From assembly GCF_018350175.1 (NCBI RefSeq), contig NC_058368.1:26724001-26788000 (forward strand): DNA of 64,000 nt. The letters run 5' to 3'. Position 1 is the first letter of the stretch. Every line of letters begins with the position of its first letter. The position numbers and the translations under genes are program-made. This DNA comes from Felis catus (lineage: Eukaryota). This document shows, piece by piece, positions 12,037 through 24,769 of this stretch. The notes under the pieces were generated by a model. That model ran no database searches and was not told the origin of the DNA. It saw nothing but the letters and a program-made list of their open reading frames with translations.

Positions 12037-12226
12037 TCAGTCCCTTCTGTTCCTGGCAGCCAGGCAATTAAACAGCAATTGCTCTCTTCTTCTTTTTCAC
12101 ACTTATATCCCTAACAGACTAGATAGGACATGATTTCCAAAGAAATGAGGAGGCTATGTTGGGTCACTTATGCTTGTATGATAATGAAATTGACATACTG
12201 TTTCTGCATTTGATGGTGAAGGATAA

Positions 12227-12474
12227 TTTTTTTTCCTAAAATTTATTAAATTTTTTAATGTTTATTTAGTTCTGAGAGAAAGAGAGACAGAGACAGAGCA
12301 TGAGAGGGGGAGGGGCAGAGAGGGAGGGAGACACAGAATCTGAAGCAGCCTCTAGGCTCCGTGCTCTGTGCTGTCAGTACAGAGCTGGATGTGGGGCTTG
12401 AATTCACATGCCATGAGAGATCATGACCGGAGCTGGAGTCGGACACTTAACTGACTGAGCCACCCAGGCACCCC
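12227..12474 (-). mobile_element. Can-SINE
   Basis: T-rich tail, GA-rich region and ...GACTGAGCCACCCAGGCACCCC, flanked by AAGGATAA on both sides. Confidence 0.96.
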
Positions 12475-13494
12475 AAGGATAAATTATTTTTTAATAGTCA
12501 TGCTTAATAGTTACAAGGAGTCTTCTAGAAGGCTTTGATTTAACTCAGAAGCAGACCTAAAAGCCTGCTGTGGTGAAGAGTAACATTCCCTCAGCTGCTT
12601 TGAGCTCCCTTTCTAGAGTCGAATTGCTGGCGAGGCAAGAAATTATAAATGTCTACTCTTGTAAGTAGCTTGGGTTGGTCCAAGACTATGACAGAACAAA
12701 GATATCCTACAGTAGGACAGAAAAGGTATCAGTTGAAATTTTACTCTTCTTTAATCCTGGAAAATCATAAATTCTTTCTCAACTAGTCACTCTTCACATA
12801 GACTTTTGTGGGCCCAAACTCTCAAGACTTTTTGAAAGTAATGTTTTTTGAGTCTGGATTCAAATTAAGACCTAACTAACACCTAGAGCCTCTGCCAGGC
12901 TCAACCACACAGTGCCTCCCAGTGTCTCCTCCACATGAGTCTCCTCCTTTCCTTCTCTTGAAAACAATGAAACTAGCCCAAAACTTTGTCTCTGAATTTT
13001 TATGTATGTGTGTGTGTGTTTTGTTTTGTTTTTCCCAGAGGAAGAGGTTACATTCTGGTCCTACAATAATTAAATCAGGAAGGAACAATGGAGGACGTTT
13101 GTTTGCTTTACTGTATTGGATGAGATTAATGGTTACCAAGGCTGGAATTCAGGTTCCCGAAAGGGAAAGGGAGGCAAAAGAGCAGGGAAGGATGGGGGAG
13201 AGGGGAGGGAAGGAGAGTGAAGGGACGGGCAGAGGTGAGGAGAACAGGGAAAGAAGAAAAAACTATGATATGGAAGAGAGGGAATGTGGAAGGAGCATTT
13301 TGGCAGGGTTGTTTGGCAAACACAGCTCACCTTTCCTATGCCTTCCCAGGTCTAAACTTGTTACCTCGTTTCTTCCTATCTACCACAGAGTGAAATACTG
13401 TAAGCAATAACCTCTCAGAGCTTAAACTAGGCCTTGCAATTGGTTCATCATGTGCTTGCTAGAGGCTTTGCTTAGAAGAAATTACGTTCAGGAC

Positions 13495-13710
13495 AATAGC
13501 TGACTAACATATAAAATACATACTAAGTGTTAGTCACTGTCCTCACAACCACCCCCTGAGGAGATAACTATTTTTATTTTTGACTGAGAAAAATGAGGCT
13601 TGGAGAGACAAAGAAATTTGCTGAAGGCCCTATACCCAGTGGAACCGGCATTCAAACCCAGGTCAGTGATTCAATACTCCATGCCTTTAACCACCAAGCC
13701 ACACTGCCAC
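13495..13710 (-). mobile_element. MIR SINE
   Basis: TCCTCACAACCACCCCCTGAGG...GAAAAATGAGGCTTGGAGAG...CATTCAAACCCAGGTCAG...CTTTAACCAC. Confidence 0.85.
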
Positions 13711-14209
13711 GCTTAGAATAGAGAAAAGAATCTACAGTGTTCTCCCCAGGCACAATTCAATAGCAGTGCATGGGCCTCAATCCCTGGAAACAGTATGGTG
13801 AAAGAGTTTGCTTGAAGAAGCAACAATTTTTCATTCCTCGTGTTTCCTTAGATGAGAGATTCCACCCACTTTCTAGGAGGGAAAGGATGAGAAGAACGTC
13901 CTTGCTTCTATCTCCTTCACTGACCTTCTCCTCAGAGGAAAAGGAACAAACTCTCTGATATGGAAGATTGGAGAAACAATCCAATGCACTTGGCCCCACA
14001 ATTTGATTTCCCCTTCCCCCAGCCTATCTCCAGGGCACTCACTGGCTTCTCATTTTTGTGGTAAACTTTCCAGAGCAGTATCTGTCCCTGGAGAAGGAAG
14101 GCTCTGGGATGGTCCTGCTGAGTCAGCAACCAGGAGGGCATGAATTTCTAATTGTCTGTGGACTAAAGCAAGCCTATTTGGCCACCACACAGAGCCATGC
14201 TTTGCAGTC

Positions 14210-14428
14210 TTTTTTTTTTTTTTAAGTTTATTTATTCATTTTGAGAGAGAGAGAGAGAGCACAAGTGAGGGAGGAACAGAGAGAGAGGGAGAGAGAGAGA
14301 ATCCCACGCAGCCTCCACATTGTCAGCACAGAGCCCAATGCAGGGCTTGAACCCATGAACCATGAGATCATGACCTCAGCTGAAATCAAGGGTCTGATGC
14401 TTAACCTATTGAGCCACCCATGTGCCCC
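14210..14428 (-). mobile_element. Can-SINE
   Basis: Poly-T, (GA)n, GAGATCATGACCTCAGCTGAAATCAAG, GAGCCACCCATGTGCCCC. Confidence 0.95.
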
Positions 14429-14499
14429 ATAGTCATTTTTATCAGTAATATAACTGATGGTTTTATCTCCATCTCTCTATCTCTTCTGTTTCAGTTCCC

Positions 14500-14630
14500 A
14501 ACTTCCTCAACTTCAATTACCTGAAATCAAAGTGGGAATATTAATACCCACTGGTTTGACCCACTGGTCAAACAGTTAAATGAGATAAAGTATTTACATC
14601 TCTTTATACCTAGTAAGCATTTAACAACTG
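14500..14630 (+). mobile_element. MIR fragment
   Basis: AAAGTGGGAATATTAATACC...GTTAAATGAGATAAAGTATTTA...TAGTAAGCATTTAACA. Confidence 0.55.
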
Positions 14631-17600
14631 TGCTCCCCACACAAAACTTTTCTTCTTCTCTTAGTCACAATGTAACTTTTATGACTTGTTTTTACTGTGA
14701 ATATAAATATATCTCTTCCATCTTGTAATCTCTCATTGCAAAATTTTAATTCTATACTTATAATATCTCATAGGTTTTGGCAATTAAATTTGTGCAAATA
14801 AGAAGTCTCACTGAGTTGGTATCTTCTGTAGATTTGGTCTTCATATCTTAAATCTTTGAGCATATTTACCCCATTGAAAGGATCTGATGTAATTGTTTTC
14901 AGCAGCATGTAATTTTTAAATCACGTGATTAGATCATAATAATTAGGCTCTTGAAAGGAGCCGCAAAGTAGAAACTTGAACATACAAAATAAGTTAAACC
15001 TTTTAGACTTAAAAGTTATTATTTTGGCTTCACTTTGTGTACAATATTACTTAAAGACAGTAAGAAAGGGATAAAATATCTTTAGATTTGAAGCAATTCA
15101 ATATCATTTGAATTTTGTTATTCAATTCTTTCACATTTGTTTTGCTAAAAGAGCTAAAAGTCTCAGCCTTCAGAAGCCAGAAAATGCTGTTTGCCCAGTG
15201 GGCCCATGATTAAATGTCTTCTCATGTAGAAAGAGCGCAAAAACAAACAAGCAAACACATAGCTGACAGACGAGAGCTGAACATTTGTCACTGATGTGCA
15301 GCATGACTCTCTTTCCCTTTGTAAGTAAAAGTGCCAAACTGCTGTGTGACATTGGAGTCAATAAGTAGTCAGACTCAGCAAGCTGATCTTGGCAATTGTA
15401 CTTTTAGGCCCTGTGCTTAGGCCAAGTCAGAAGACACACCTTACAGGGACCCTTGATAGCAGAATTTACAAAAGGCTATAACTCAGGTTGTGACAGAGTC
15501 TTGGGTGGAGCCTTACAGGGGCAAATACTCATTAAGACAGATCCAGGAAGGGTTCTGCTTGATTCCTGGAAGCTAGAGTTTGGTTAAGCTAACAATGATA
15601 CGAATTGATAGTGGTTCCAGCTGAGCATCAGTTAGGGCATTTTGGTCCTTTTTCTTGGGTATAGACTATGGTGATGCTACCCTTCTCAGCATGAACTTGC
15701 TCAGCTTTGAATTACCTGCCTTTTGTTCACCTTTTGATTTCCTCCTGCATTGACCCCAGATCAAGGAGAAGAGAAATAACAGAAAAACAACTTCATATTG
15801 TTGAATTCTGGAGGGTGATGCACCTTGAATCAATCATGGAGAAGAGTCTAGTACTTAGGAGAGGGACACACCGTCTACTTTCTTCTGTGCTCTCAATCCA
15901 TCCTCAGGCACCCTCAGAAGTCCATTCTTGTGTCTAAAAATCAACCCTATTCTTTAGAAAGAGTCACAAAGATGTGACCCTTCCTTCTCTCCCACTAGTT
16001 TGAAGGTCAGGAAAAGTAGAATTGAACAGAAACAGGAAATGGTTATAAAGTCCCAAATTCCACCCTCTGTAGTCATACCTCCTAGCCTTAAAAGTCGATA
16101 ACTCAATGTTTACCCATCCTTCCTAAAAAGGCATAGGGATTATATCTGCCATAACTTTTGAACCGCCACCAGGGTTGAGGATGTGAAACAAAGTTAAGAC
16201 GCCATTCCCATATTTTTAGAGTAACAAGGTGTGGATATCTTCAATCTGTAGTATTTTTAATATGATTTAGCTTATTCCATCGTGAAGAAACTCCTACATC
16301 TATTTTTCTTTAGTAATTAATGGAAAATAACGTGAGACTGTAGGAAGGTTACCCACCATCTACTTAATGACTGCCTTCAAAATTGCTAATAAACTGACTT
16401 GCTGGGACAGTAGTGACATTGACTACTGCCTGCGTGGAACACTGCTTAGCTCACCAGAATCCAACAGAAAGAACTACAAGTCATAAGTAGGTGTAAAGCT
16501 GGTGACATCATATTTCTGAGTCAGATATTTCCAACATTTCAATAGCATAACAGAAAAGACATATGCTTTCAACTGAGACAAAAGCTAGCAGCCCTCCAAC
16601 AACAGCTTTGGCACTTGCCTTTCTTAGGATTAACAAAGAAAGGACTGACCCCTAGGACCTCACAGTGCAATGGAGGGGAAAGGTACCAAATTGAGGAAGC
16701 CATAGTTGATTTCATCCCTGGTCAAAAAGAAACCATCCTTCTTAGGAAAGAAGGACATGATTAGGCCTCAGATTGGAGGAAAAATTAGGATGTGTGGCAA
16801 ATTTCATAATATGTACTTATGTCATATGTTTATGCAAAAATCAAGGCAATCCATGAAAAATAATGCAGTCATATCACCTTGGTCATTTGCTAACAGTCCC
16901 ATTGGAATAGGGGTGAAAACTAGAGTTTAAAGACCTTCTACTTGTTCTGCTAACCATCTACACTCATCATTATGATATTAATCGGCTGTTTGTTTTACAC
17001 TTCCCCATCCCCTACAGAAAGAGGTAGCCTTTCCCTGAGAAAACTCTGTTAGCTGCTGACAGGCTTGTTATGAAGATTCCAATATTATGGGATAAAAGTA
17101 ATTGTTGCACAATCCTGTCCTAGACATTCAAATATTTGAAGTCATACATAGTGACCAAAGATTATGCAAATTCCCCTGGTTTGCTTTGCAAAAGTAACCT
17201 GAGCCTTCCTGGGGACCTGACTCGTGTGGTTGTTGGAGGAACTAAAATGGCATTAGTTTGGGAGGTTCTTGGGTGTTTGGAAGCCTCCTGGAAGCTTCCA
17301 GAGATATTATCTGGCCCTTACCCACACAGTTTCTGCCCTAGCCCCACTCCTGGGTACTGACTGAGTGACATCTTGCAAAGATCGGGGAGACAGGTAACTA
17401 TAACCTGCATTTTAGTTGGCCTAATTCCACCCTCCTTAGCAAACTTCCCTCACAAGATTGAAACCTTTTACAGGATGCAACTTCCTTCCTGAGCTGAACT
17501 GTTGTACTGGCTGTGGTATCTTTTCTCCTTGCTCATTCCTTATTCCTCGGAGAACTTGGGGAATTTTAATAACAGGAACTACCAGCTATGAAAATTTTCA

Positions 17601-17700
17601 CTCATGTTTCTGAAAGAAATGGAAATAGTCCTAATACATTGCTTCTTTCTAGTCTTCTCTATAAAATGTCTTCATCTGGTATAAGTGACATATTATAGAC

Positions 17701-17889
17701 CAATGTTTCTCAAACCTTAGCATACTACAGGTATCAAAATCACCTGGAGGACTTAGGCGACCACAGATTGCTGGGCCCCATCCTTAGACTTTCAATTCAG
17801 TAGGTCTGGGTTGGTTCCCGAAGATTTGCATTTCTAACAAGTTTCCAGGTCAAGCTACGGGCCCAAGGACCCCATTTTGAGAATCCCGG
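17701..17889. mobile_element. MER5A (hAT-Charlie MITE)
   Basis: CAATGTTTCTCAAAC...AATCACCTGGAGG...CAGATTGCTGGGCCCCA...TTCAGTAGGTCTGGG...ATTTGCATTTCTAACAAGTTTCCAGGT...TTTGAGAATCCCG. Confidence 0.9.
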
Positions 17890-17925
17890 TTACAGTGGAA
17901 GGGCCAAATACCTGTGAAGTAAGGC

Positions 17926-18032
17926 TGGGGTGACAGATTCATGGCGGTTCACCTGCAATTTTAGTACTAAAAGGTCCACATCCCAGTGACTCCTTCAGTT
18001 CAGGGCAAAAGCCAGGACAGTTGGTCACTCTA
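17926..18032. mobile_element. MER81-like hAT-Blackjack MITE
   Basis: Terminal inverted repeats TGGGGTGAC...GTCACTCTA and internal TTTTAGTACTAAAAGGTCCACATCCC...AGGACAGTTGGTCAC. Confidence 0.75.
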
Positions 18033-18224
18033 GGTGAGGGCAAAAATATTACTAGCTTAAATAGAAATTTGGTAGCTCTTAGTATTTCTAAAAACCATTC
18101 TCAAGAATGCCATGTTATGATTTCATATTTAGATGATTAAAAGGTTTAGATACTGCACATTATCTAGCTAGTCTCCATAGTTCTAAAATATGAATGATCT
18201 TAGAGTATCCTGTAAAAGAGTAAT

Positions 18225-18440
18225 GAGCCCTTACTGAGGCCCTAAAGCCCTGTGTGCCACTATGTTAGCACTTTGAATATATTATATCTAAATCCTCCAA
18301 CAGTACAGTTTATTAGGAATTACAGCCAATCCAGATGGGAAACTAAGCTTGCAGAGGTTACAGGGACACAGCTTGTTATTCTGCAGCTGGGATTTGAGCC
18401 CAGCTGTCTCTGGCTCCAAAGCTTGTATTCTTTCCCTTAT
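18225..18440 (-). mobile_element. MIR SINE
   Basis: AATCCTCCAACAG...CAGATGGGAAACTAAGCTTGCAGAGGTTA...GCTGGGATTTGAGCCCAGCTGTCTCTGGCTCCAAAGC. Confidence 0.8.
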
Positions 18441-18689
18441 GATGATCCAAGGGAGTATTTGTTTTTCCTAAGGTTTAACATTTGCCATCACTTAATAGGT
18501 ATAGATGTTCAAGGCCAGTCTTATGGGGGCTGATTATTTGTGCACTCAATCTGAGATTATAGTGCATGCCACCCCCTAAAAACTCCAGGGAGAAACGGTC
18601 TGCAGACAGTCTTTCCTTAATTAGGAAAAAGTGGTAGAAGAAAAACAGCTAGTTATGCTTTTAAAATTAAAAAAATAAATGCTATTGAT

Positions 18690-18882
18690 GGGGCACCTGG
18701 GTGGTTCAGTTGGTTAAACGTCTTGATCTGGGCTCAGCTCATGATCTCAGTTTGTGAGTTCCAGCCCTGCCTAACTACGTCGACAGTACAGAGCCTGGTT
18801 GGGATTCTGTCTCTATCCCCCACCCCCACCCCCGCCACACCCTCCCTCTGTCTCTCTCTCAAAACAAATAAACTTTTAAAAA
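18690..18882 (+). mobile_element. Can-SINE (older, diverged)
   Basis: GGGGCACCTGGGTGGTTCAGTTGGTTAA...CATGATCTCAG...CTCTCTCTCAAAACAAATAAAC. Confidence 0.92.
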
Positions 18883-21800
18883 TTGTGTTATCAAAACCAA
18901 TTTCATTTTTATAATTAAATTATTTCAAAAATATAAGGCACAATATAATACAGAATAAAATGTGAAGGCATACTTTAAATATAATGTAATCTCTTTATCA
19001 CATTTCAATGATTATCAGTCATCACTTATTGCAAGAAGACTAAGTCTTTCCTCTCCTGGGGCACCTTTGATTCATTACATACACTTGCTGATCACAGTCA
19101 TGTCCCAGGTCCTGATCCTGACTCAGGACCTCCAGTAGCTGGGGATGAAATTCTCTCCACTGTTTCCTCTTCTGTCTTCCTACTAGAAAGCTATTTCAGG
19201 TTTCATTTTTTTCACCTATGCAATCTCAGAAATATATCCTCCTATTCTGAAAAAGAGCTATTTCCCATGTGTGTGTGTCTCTCTCTCCTTTTTTCTACTC
19301 TATGATCTGTCTTTTCAAGGCCAGACCATAGAAGAACAAGAAACCCGGTCAAAATACACTTCTTTCCCTGGAGGCCTCTCACCTTGATAATTTCCTTCCC
19401 ATCAGGAAAATTATCTTGTCAACTCCCTAAACTCATTTGGTGAATTCTCTCCCCATTCTCCGCCCCATTTAATGACATCTTGCAGTATGTGCAGAATCCA
19501 TGTTTTGATTAATCTGTCAATTTTGTGATTCCAGAAGGACACTCTTTTTATTTTTGTTACTTTAAATATATTGGGATCCATCAGGAATGGTTTAGAGGAC
19601 TCGCTTTTGTTTTTCCCTTGTACAGGGTAGGGTGTTCTCAGTTCCTAGCATCCTCTCACATTTATGTGAGTCTTATGGTCCACACACAGCATGAAACGCT
19701 TCATAGTCACCTTTTTTCCTTTCCTGATTTCCATTAAACAGAATTACTTACATGTTTCTAACCATGAGAAAATAAAAGTTAGGAGGGCAAAAACTCTTAA
19801 AGTTTCCTCACACCTGTTCTACTCCAGCCAGTGGCAGCGACCCCCTGTGGCCCCCTATCCCCACCAGGAGTGCTCACCTGAGGTGGGCCCAAAGACACCT
19901 GCTCATAGTAGAAAATCCAAGACTTGATCATAAAAACATCCCCGACCCTAGAGCAGGGTCTATGGGCTGTAACTCACAACTGACCTCATCACATCAAGGC
20001 TATGGGTGGCCTTCTTGGCTCTGAGCCTGGATTTTCCCCTACCTTGATTTTGTGTCTTGGTCTTAAACATGAGCGGTATCTCTGGACCTGCGCTGGTCAG
20101 TCTTTGCTAATGGTTCAAGATATGAACTGGTCACCATAGAACTTTTATTTTACCCCAAACGTTCGAGAAGAGAGAAAGATGGCGCACATCGTCATGCCCA
20201 AAATGGGGTACAAGTTGGTGACATTTTCAAAGAATGAGAAAGTGGCTGGGAAGGAGAATGGGTAGCAAGTAGGGAGCAGTACCAATGGGTTCAGCAAACT
20301 TATAGCAAATTCTATACTTCCAGGCTCAGCAAATAGCAATACACTCCCTTTTCTTTTGGCAAACATTTAAAAGTCAAATATCTTGCACCAGACACCAGGC
20401 AGAGACACCGTTTTTTTCTTATATTTTTCATAATCAAATGGGATCATTAACAGAAAACAAATCAAGCACAAATGCCCAACATCATAAAAGAATTTTGCTT
20501 AATGCATCTCTCAGCAACAAAGTAAAATGTCCTAACAGCATTTAGTATTTCAAATGAAGATAATTGTGAAACAGTAACACTGAAACCAACAACAAATGGG
20601 ATTGTGAGTGTGTGCATGTGTGTGTACGTGTATGTGGGTGTGTGTGTATTTAAATACAAAATGCCTTTCACTGTTTGCTCACAAGATCAGATTGCCCCTT
20701 TTGGGCAAAGACAGGGAATGATATTTTAAACTCTGAACTGAACCTGATAAAAGCTACTGGTGGTTTCTTCCTTTTAAGGGCGTAGACCAGCAGAGCCCCT
20801 GCCAGGCGTTGGGCCTCCCTCAGGCCATTTCCTGTCCACGGAGCTCTGTGGCGGGGCATGGGGCTACTTTGACATCTTTGTGTCAGAGCATCAAGGACAC
20901 AGTCTTCCGTTTAAGTGTCTGGCTGGCAAATTCCAAGGAATATGATCTTTTAGCCAGTAACCCGTCTCGACAGTGTCCCAAAAGGTTTTAATAGCAGACA
21001 CTGTTAGTGGGTTGGGTTTGCAACCAGTTTCAAGTTCTCTCCCATGCTTCTTTCTGAACTATAGGTCTTTCCGGAAAATAAGCAACTGCCACTGAGAAAT
21101 TGTTTATTTCTAACCTGTGAGCAGCATGAAAACACAGTATTTCTATTAAGATGCCAATCTGGTGATGTTTGTTTAATCATTAATGTATTCCGCTTCACGG
21201 GTTGAATAGCTGAAAGTTACCCAGAAAGTTAGAAAAGGAAAGTTTGAACCAGAAACACAGATTAAAGAATTAGACTAAGTGATCATATAATTTGCCAAAC
21301 TACATTCAGAAAGTTTAGGGTTATTTAGCATTATTTAATCTGGCCTGTGCTAAAGTTTGTATTTCACTCTGTGGGAAGAAACGCCTTGCTAAGCAAATTA
21401 ATAGTGTATATAATAAAATTGCATAATACATTTTAACCCACTAAAAGGAATATGAACAATGTATAACTCTTACTTTATTTTTTATGCTTTATTTCTACAG
21501 AATTTGAATGGGTAAAGGAGCATATAATGTTTTGTTTAAAAGTGAGGATTCATTTTTGCATTGTGATTCATGTAACTTTGTTATGTTAGAATAAGAAGAT
21601 GAAACGGTACATTTAGAAAGACTCAAAAGACTTTCAGAAGTTTTTGCTTCAACCTTTTGCTTCTCAATCTAGCTTTTCAAGCTCTATAATTTTTTATTAA
21701 TTTGTTTCGTATTCAGTCAACATTGATATAATTATACTATACTTATAAGTAACTTGATTTTTTAAAAAGTCACCAAATCTAACATGACAAGGAATGCCTA

Positions 21801-22289
21801 ACTGTATTGTGACGTACTATGGCCTTGAATTGGTGGTACTTTTTTCTCTATATCAAAGACTTGTTTTTCACAGTTCAGCTGATATCATTTGGGAAGGGGG
21901 GTGCCAAAAGGCAAAACAGAATTTTTCCCGGCTTAGGCAGCATGACACCTCATATTAAAGACCCAAGGTGGAGGCAAGAGCGAGGTTAGATGGACCTGGA
22001 ACCTGGCATCAGGTGGGAGCCTAGTAAGTCAATAACCAGATACTAAGAAACTATTGAGTCTGGACAAAGTAACCCTGGCTGGTCTCCACTAAGACAAGGG
22101 CAGGGACTTTCTTGCATCTGACCCAGCCAAGAAAATGCAAGGAATAAATACTGGTTAAGCACAAGACTGTATAATTTATTGTGCAAACTGGAACATTTTG
22201 GAGAGTAAAAAAATGCTATTAATAATATACCAGGACAAAAGGTAGAAACCAAGCCTATTTCCAGGCAAAATAGGACTTACAGTCTTCTA

Positions 22290-22500
22290 GTTAAAAGCCA
22301 TCCAGGGCTATATAGTTTTCATATCATGAAAACTAAGAGCAGGGGGAATCATCCACCAACATTTTCATTTTGCAGGTGTAGCAGCAAAGGTATTGGGCTG
22401 TGAAGAGGACTTTCTTAAGTCTGACAAGTTCCCGGCAGCATTAGGACCAGGACTAGAACTTCCTGCTTCCAGTTCAGTGTTTTCCTAGCATACCACATAC
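22290..22500 (-). mobile_element. MIR fragment
   Basis: TCATTTTGCAGGTG...CCAGGACTAGAACTTCCTGCTTCCAGTTCAGTGTTTTCC. Confidence 0.55.
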
Positions 22501-22931
22501 TTCTGTAGCGTTTCACCCTCTTCAAAGTGTAGCCCCAAGTTTCCCCAGGCCATAACATTCGGGAATACAAACTAAGGTCATAGTAGCAATAACAAATAAT
22601 AATTTCCTTGTTCTTCATCTACTTGTGGTTTCACTAATTCCAGTTCTACTTTAAATTCCCGTGAAACAATTTCTAGGAGACTCCTGGGGTTGGTTTGTGT
22701 CCCTACATTACATAGAATCCACCTCGACTTTCACCTTCACGCCAGAGTAGCACAATCTCCGTGAGCTGGAGACAGGTTCAGAGCTGGGTTCCACTTCCTT
22801 GCCCGGTACCACGGCTCTGAACACAGTATTTAACCTTCCTGGGACTAAAATTCATCTAGGCCGGAACTTTTGTAAAATGTGACCTTTATAGCATTGCTTT
22901 CTGGAACTATGACTGTAAGTAAAGTAATGTC

Positions 22932-23489
22932 CAATCAATTCTTATTATTTGTGGTAGTTCTGTTCTATAAAATCACCCACAAACATTTAAGTAGCAAATA
23001 CTGAGCCACGGCTCCTTGGGAAAATACAGAGTTCGGTTCCTGTGAGCCTCTGGTCACATTTTTGTCCACTGAACAATTAATAACCTTGTTTTATGTGCAT
23101 TTCTGTTTAAAGACACCTTACTTTGTATATATTATTGATTCCTTAACATTAAACTCATGGCCAACAGCATTCCCTTCTCGTGCAGAGGAACACTAAGTGC
23201 TTCAGCATTACACTTGGGGGCTATTTCAAACAGCAAAATTACCAACAAAAAGCACACACAAAAAATGTGAAAACGTGGAGCTAGACAGACAGCAAAAGGA
23301 CACTTGCTTACAGTATGACAGCTCTACCCTATTTGACCTCAGCTAGGAACACACATGCATGTCAGGGGCCTCAAAGTTTTCTCTGCACTTGTCTACGGAT
23401 GACTACAAAAGCCTCCAAAAAATTTGGAGTCACAGATAAGTTTTAGTGAGTAGGGAAATATAAAATCTGCAAATAACGACGATCTACTA
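22932..23489 (+). mobile_element. MER82 (TcMar-Tigger non-autonomous DNA transposon)
   Basis: CAATCAATTCTTATTATTTGTGGTAGTTCTGTTCTATAAA...GGTTCCTGTGAGCCTCTGGTCACA...TAACCTTGTTTTATGTG...AAAGACACCTTA follows the MER82 consensus as recalled. The right end GCAAATAACGACGATCTACTA is a decayed inverted terminus. Confidence 0.85.
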
Positions 23490-24769
23490 TCTCAGCACAG
23501 TGCATGAAATGGAACCCATAATAAATGTTAACTGTTGTTCTTATGTGACGGTTGTTAAGAAAAACCTCCTGCCAAGGCCTAAGACACAGGGGGGCCACCC
23601 CCACAATTGCTGAATACCCCAGTGCGACTACTCTTGATGTCAACCAAAAGGGATAGTTTTTCACCAAGACAAGCAGTAAGCTGGTTTAGCCCTGGCACTC
23701 AGGCTTTATGTTCCAGACAGGAAAATAGTTATAAAATTTTCCCCAAAGTGTCCAATGTCCACCAGGTAACGGACTCTAGTGGACCTACTTTCCAGGTCGT
23801 CCACAGTCAAATATCACCTCAGGCATCCTTTTCCCCTTCCTAGGTGCCACCTGTTTTGATGTGACCTTCACAAGGCATTTATATGTTACATATGCAAATA
23901 TATTGCACACCATCATGAATTAATGACCCATTATCAAACAAATCCCACACACACTTCAACGCTTTCCAGTTTCTCGTACAAAAGGTACTCAGATTTTTCA
24001 CTCCCTTCCTTTTATTCATTTTTGTTTTGTTTTGCTTCTCCAGTTCCTCTCTTAGCTTCCCCTGTGGCCTTGCATATTCTCCTATTAGAGCATGTTCTTG
24101 AAATGGCTCTAACTCCTCCTTTGGCTGCCCTCAGGGTTTTCTCTTTCCCTATCCTCTTTGACTCCTTGATTTCTGGCTTATTCACTGTCTCAGATTCCAA
24201 TTACTCCCTCCTCCAGCAGATTCTCTTCCTGCAGATCTTTCTATAATTGAGCTTGTTGTTCTCCTCTGGCAGTCTTAACTTCCGAGAATGGCCTCCTCCC
24301 TGTGCCTTCTCCTTCCCTGTGGCCCCTTGGACAGGGTTGTTTTCTCTGGGACAGGCCCAGACTGTCGCCTTCCCTCAGCAGGGGGTGTCTTCTTCCTGTG
24401 CTTTGTGTTCAGCCCTAGCTGCATTCCCCATTTCCTGCTTCCCCTTCCTCTTTTATCTCTGTCTAAGATCCATCACCCTTAACGCATGTGACGTGTAGGT
24501 TTGGATTTTGCAAAAATTGACTTGTCTTAAAATAGGTCCTACTTGAACACTCTGTGTACCTCCCTTATAGAATAGCTCATTATTGCGTGGACTTGGCTAC
24601 ACTGCAGGTCACATCCCACCCCCTGTGTTATTGCAAATAAACACAGGCCATCCCACTGTGATTTCCAACCAAATGTGTGCCTTAGATTTGTCTTTTAATA
24701 CCAGCATCGAGAGCTGACAGTTACTTACAGTTCTGAAGTTTTAAATATTATGCCTGTATGCTAATTTGC

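Noticed and set aside
12922..13410. 162-aa ORF with an E/R/G-rich middle
   Set aside because: It spans a (TG)n run and a purine-rich low-complexity tract, starts at GTG and has no recognisable domain
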